A stretch of 64,000 bases of DNA from Bacillota bacterium (GTDB lineage: Bacteria; Bacillota; JAAYKD01): NCBI GenBank assembly GCA_963666425.2, contig OY762825.2, positions 1,600,001-1,664,000 of the forward strand. Direction: 5' to 3'. A model generated the notes under the pieces. The model worked only from the letters and a program-made list of their open reading frames with translations, was not told the DNA's origin and ran no database searches. Shown piece after piece: positions 61,656-64,000 of this stretch. How positions within the stretch are numbered: the stretch's first letter is position 1; the number at the start of each line of letters is the position of its first letter. Made by a program: the position numbers and the translations under genes.

Positions 61656-62834
61656 ATGAAAGAAAAACTGATTGCAAAAGTAGATGCCCTCAAAGAGGAA
61701 TTGCTCGCCCTTTCTCATCATATCCATGACAATCCGGAAATTGCTTATACCGAACACAAAGCGGTCGCTTTCTTGAGCGAAATCCTGACCAAGCACGGTT
61801 TTAGCGTGGAAACACCCTATGCCGGTGTAGAGACCGCTTTCCGCGCCAGCAAAAAAGGCAAAGAGCCCGGTCCGAAGATTGCTTTTCTGGCCGAATACGA
61901 CGCTTTGCCGGAGATTGGACACGCCTGCGGCCACAACATCATCGCCACCTGTTCCACCGGTGCTTTTCTTGCTTTAGCCGAGCTGATGGATCATTATAAC
62001 GGGGAGATCACGCTGATCGGCACTCCGGCCGAAGAAGCCGGCGGCGGTAAGATCCAGTTGCTGCGCAATGGCGGTTTTGACGGCATCGAATATGCGCTGA
62101 TGATGCATCCGAGTTCCGGTAGCAAAGGGCTTGTCAACCGCGGCGGCCGTGCAGCCACTTCGGTCAGTGTCGAATTCTTTGGCAAATCTGCTCACTCTTC
62201 CGGTCCGCAAGCCGGGATCAACGCCCTCAATGCGCTGATTGCTACTTTTAACCATATCGATCTGATGCGTCCGGCTCTGCATCCGCAAAGCAATATCAAC
62301 GGCATCATCACCAAAGGCGGCACTGTAGCCAATGCCATTCCCGATTATGCCGCCGCCAACTTCTCCCTGCGTTCTTCCACCCTGTTTGAGATGGAGAAAT
62401 TGGTGGAAGCCGTGAAGAAATGTGCGAAAACAGCAGAAGCTTTGGTCGGCGCCCGCTGTGAAATCAAAGTCGGCGATTTGTATGCCGAGCGTTATCCCAA
62501 TTGGCCGATGTGTGAAGCCTTTAAGAATAATATGGAATCCCTCGGCATGCCAATGGAAATCGGCAATCCGGTCGGCAACTACGGTTCTTCCGATATTGGC
62601 AATGTCTCCATCAAAATCCCGGCCATTCATGACTATCTGCCTGCCTGCCCGGCCGGTGTCAACAGTCATAATGCGGAATACACAGCCTATAGCGATAAAG
62701 CACAAGCCGACGCTACCTGTTTGCTTGGTGCCAAGGGATTGGCCATGACCGCGATCGATATTTTAGAAAAACCGGAACTGCGCCAACAAATCCAAGCTTA
62801 TTTTGTCAAGCAAATCCCACAGGAATACAAATAA
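61656..62834 (+). CDS. M20 amidohydrolase (ACY1L2/AbgB-like)
   Basis: EYDALP..GHACGHN, GTPAEE, GSSDIGNVS. Confidence 0.9.
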   Translation: MKEKLIAKVDALKEELLALSHHIHDNPEIAYTEHKAVAFLSEILTKHGFSVETPYAGVETAFRASKKGKEPGPKIAFLAEYDALPEIGHACGHNIIATCSTGAFLALAELMDHYNGEITLIGTPAEEAGGGKIQLLRNGGFDGIEYALMMHPSSGSKGLVNRGGRAATSVSVEFFGKSAHSSGPQAGINALNALIATFNHIDLMRPALHPQSNINGIITKGGTVANAIPDYAAANFSLRSSTLFEMEKLVEAVKKCAKTAEALVGARCEIKVGDLYAERYPNWPMCEAFKNNMESLGMPMEIGNPVGNYGSSDIGNVSIKIPAIHDYLPACPAGVNSHNAEYTAYSDKAQADATCLLGAKGLAMTAIDILEKPELRQQIQAYFVKQIPQEYK

Positions 62835-62987
62835 AACAGTCTTACGCGTCAATCCTGCTCGAAAAACTCATGCTGCCTCCTTTGGCTGCGGCTTGACACA
62901 AATCCTATCAAATCAAATCAAACGAAAACCCGGAGATATCCCGCATGAGGGGATGATCTCCGGGTTTTTTGTTTATTTTTTCGTTGC

Positions 62988-63962
62988 TCAATTTTCTTCC
63001 GGAAAGCGATTGACCTGCCAGAAGGGCTGCTTGCCACGCAGCACCCGATCAATTTCTTCTGCCGCCTGCAGCGCCATGGCATCGAAGGCTTCCACTGTAT
63101 GCGCCGCATAATGCGGTGTGATCAGCACATTCGGCAAAGCAAACAACGGATTGCTGTAATCAAAAGGTTCCTGCTGCAGCACATCCAAAGCAGCACCGGC
63201 GATTTGCTTATTTTCCAGTGCGGCAATCAAATCTGCCTCCACCAGAATATCGCCTCTGGCTGTATTGATCAACCAAGCCTGCGGCTGCATCCAGGCGAAT
63301 TCTGCACTGCCCACGCTGCCTTTGGTCTGGGCGGTAGAAGGCAGATGGATGCTGAGATAATCCGCTTCGCGAAACACAGCCTCCCGCGATTTCACCGCAT
63401 CCACACAAGGCGGCTGATTTTCTGCACTAAGGTGTGGACTGTAGGCAATCACTTTCATGCCAAAGGCTGCCTTGGCCATGCTGGCTACCTGAGAACCGAT
63501 GTTCCCCAAGCCGATGATCCCCAAAACCTTACCCCGCAGTTCATGGCAGAAAATCCGGTCACGCACTTGAAAATTTCCGGCTAAAAAGCTTGGTTCTAAT
63601 TCGCTGTAGCGTTTGGCACAGGCGAGTAAAAGGAAAATCGTATACTCCGCAACCGCGTTGCTGTTGGCCAGCGGTGTGTTGGTCACATAAATCTTCCGTT
63701 TGGCCGCCGCTGTAAGATCGACATTGTCATAGCCAACACCGAAGCGAGCGACGATCTTCAAACGATTGGCATTGGCCAGGACTTGCTCCGTCACCGGGGT
63801 CGCCCGCACCAGCAGCGCATCGCAGTCCCTGATTTCTCGCGCTACGACCGCTTCCGAATAATCACTGCCCAGCCTGACTTCGTAACCTTGCCGCAATAAA
63901 AAATCGATACCGGTTTGCGCTATCTTCTGAGGCAGCAGAATTCTTGCTTTCAAATTGGTCAC
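62988..63962 (-). CDS. D-2-hydroxyacid/phosphoglycerate dehydrogenase family protein
   Basis: GVGYDNVD, GLGNIG, INTARG, TPHYA. Confidence 0.9.
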   Translation of the reverse strand: MTNLKARILLPQKIAQTGIDFLLRQGYEVRLGSDYSEAVVAREIRDCDALLVRATPVTEQVLANANRLKIVARFGVGYDNVDLTAAAKRKIYVTNTPLANSNAVAEYTIFLLLACAKRYSELEPSFLAGNFQVRDRIFCHELRGKVLGIIGLGNIGSQVASMAKAAFGMKVIAYSPHLSAENQPPCVDAVKSREAVFREADYLSIHLPSTAQTKGSVGSAEFAWMQPQAWLINTARGDILVEADLIAALENKQIAGAALDVLQQEPFDYSNPLFALPNVLITPHYAAHTVEAFDAMALQAAEEIDRVLRGKQPFWQVNRFPEEN

Positions 63963-64000
63963 CCTCCTACATTCCTGCCAGTTTCATGACTTTTGGCGCT

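Overview
Chromosomal window from a Firmicutes (Bacillota)-type bacterium, probably near the origin and probably a peptide/amino-acid fermenter. Core loci are argS-tdh-rpoE-pyrG, the walRK-yycH-yycI-murA-yycJ-rlmH operon, tRNA-Thr/tRNA-Gly, and parA-parB with three perfect parS palindromes. The window also holds many peptidases and transporters. I saw no integrase, transposase or CRISPR/cas. Most notable: (1) a tightly coupled six-gene operon with three Ddl-like ATP-grasp ligases, a SET-domain protein, a GNAT and an MBL hydrolase, next to a divergent APH-like kinase, which is a candidate uncharacterised peptide-ligation/modification system; (2) a GTAG-type REP/REPIN array with 95-96 bp tandem units after pyrG; (3) a parB-linked cysteine-desulfurase-family protein whose persulfide Cys is replaced by Ser; (4) a baeRF/Balon-like protein; (5) an AmmeMemoRadiSam pair; (6) a frameshifted glycosyltransferase-like gene. 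All calls come from reading motifs by eye; no database searches were run.
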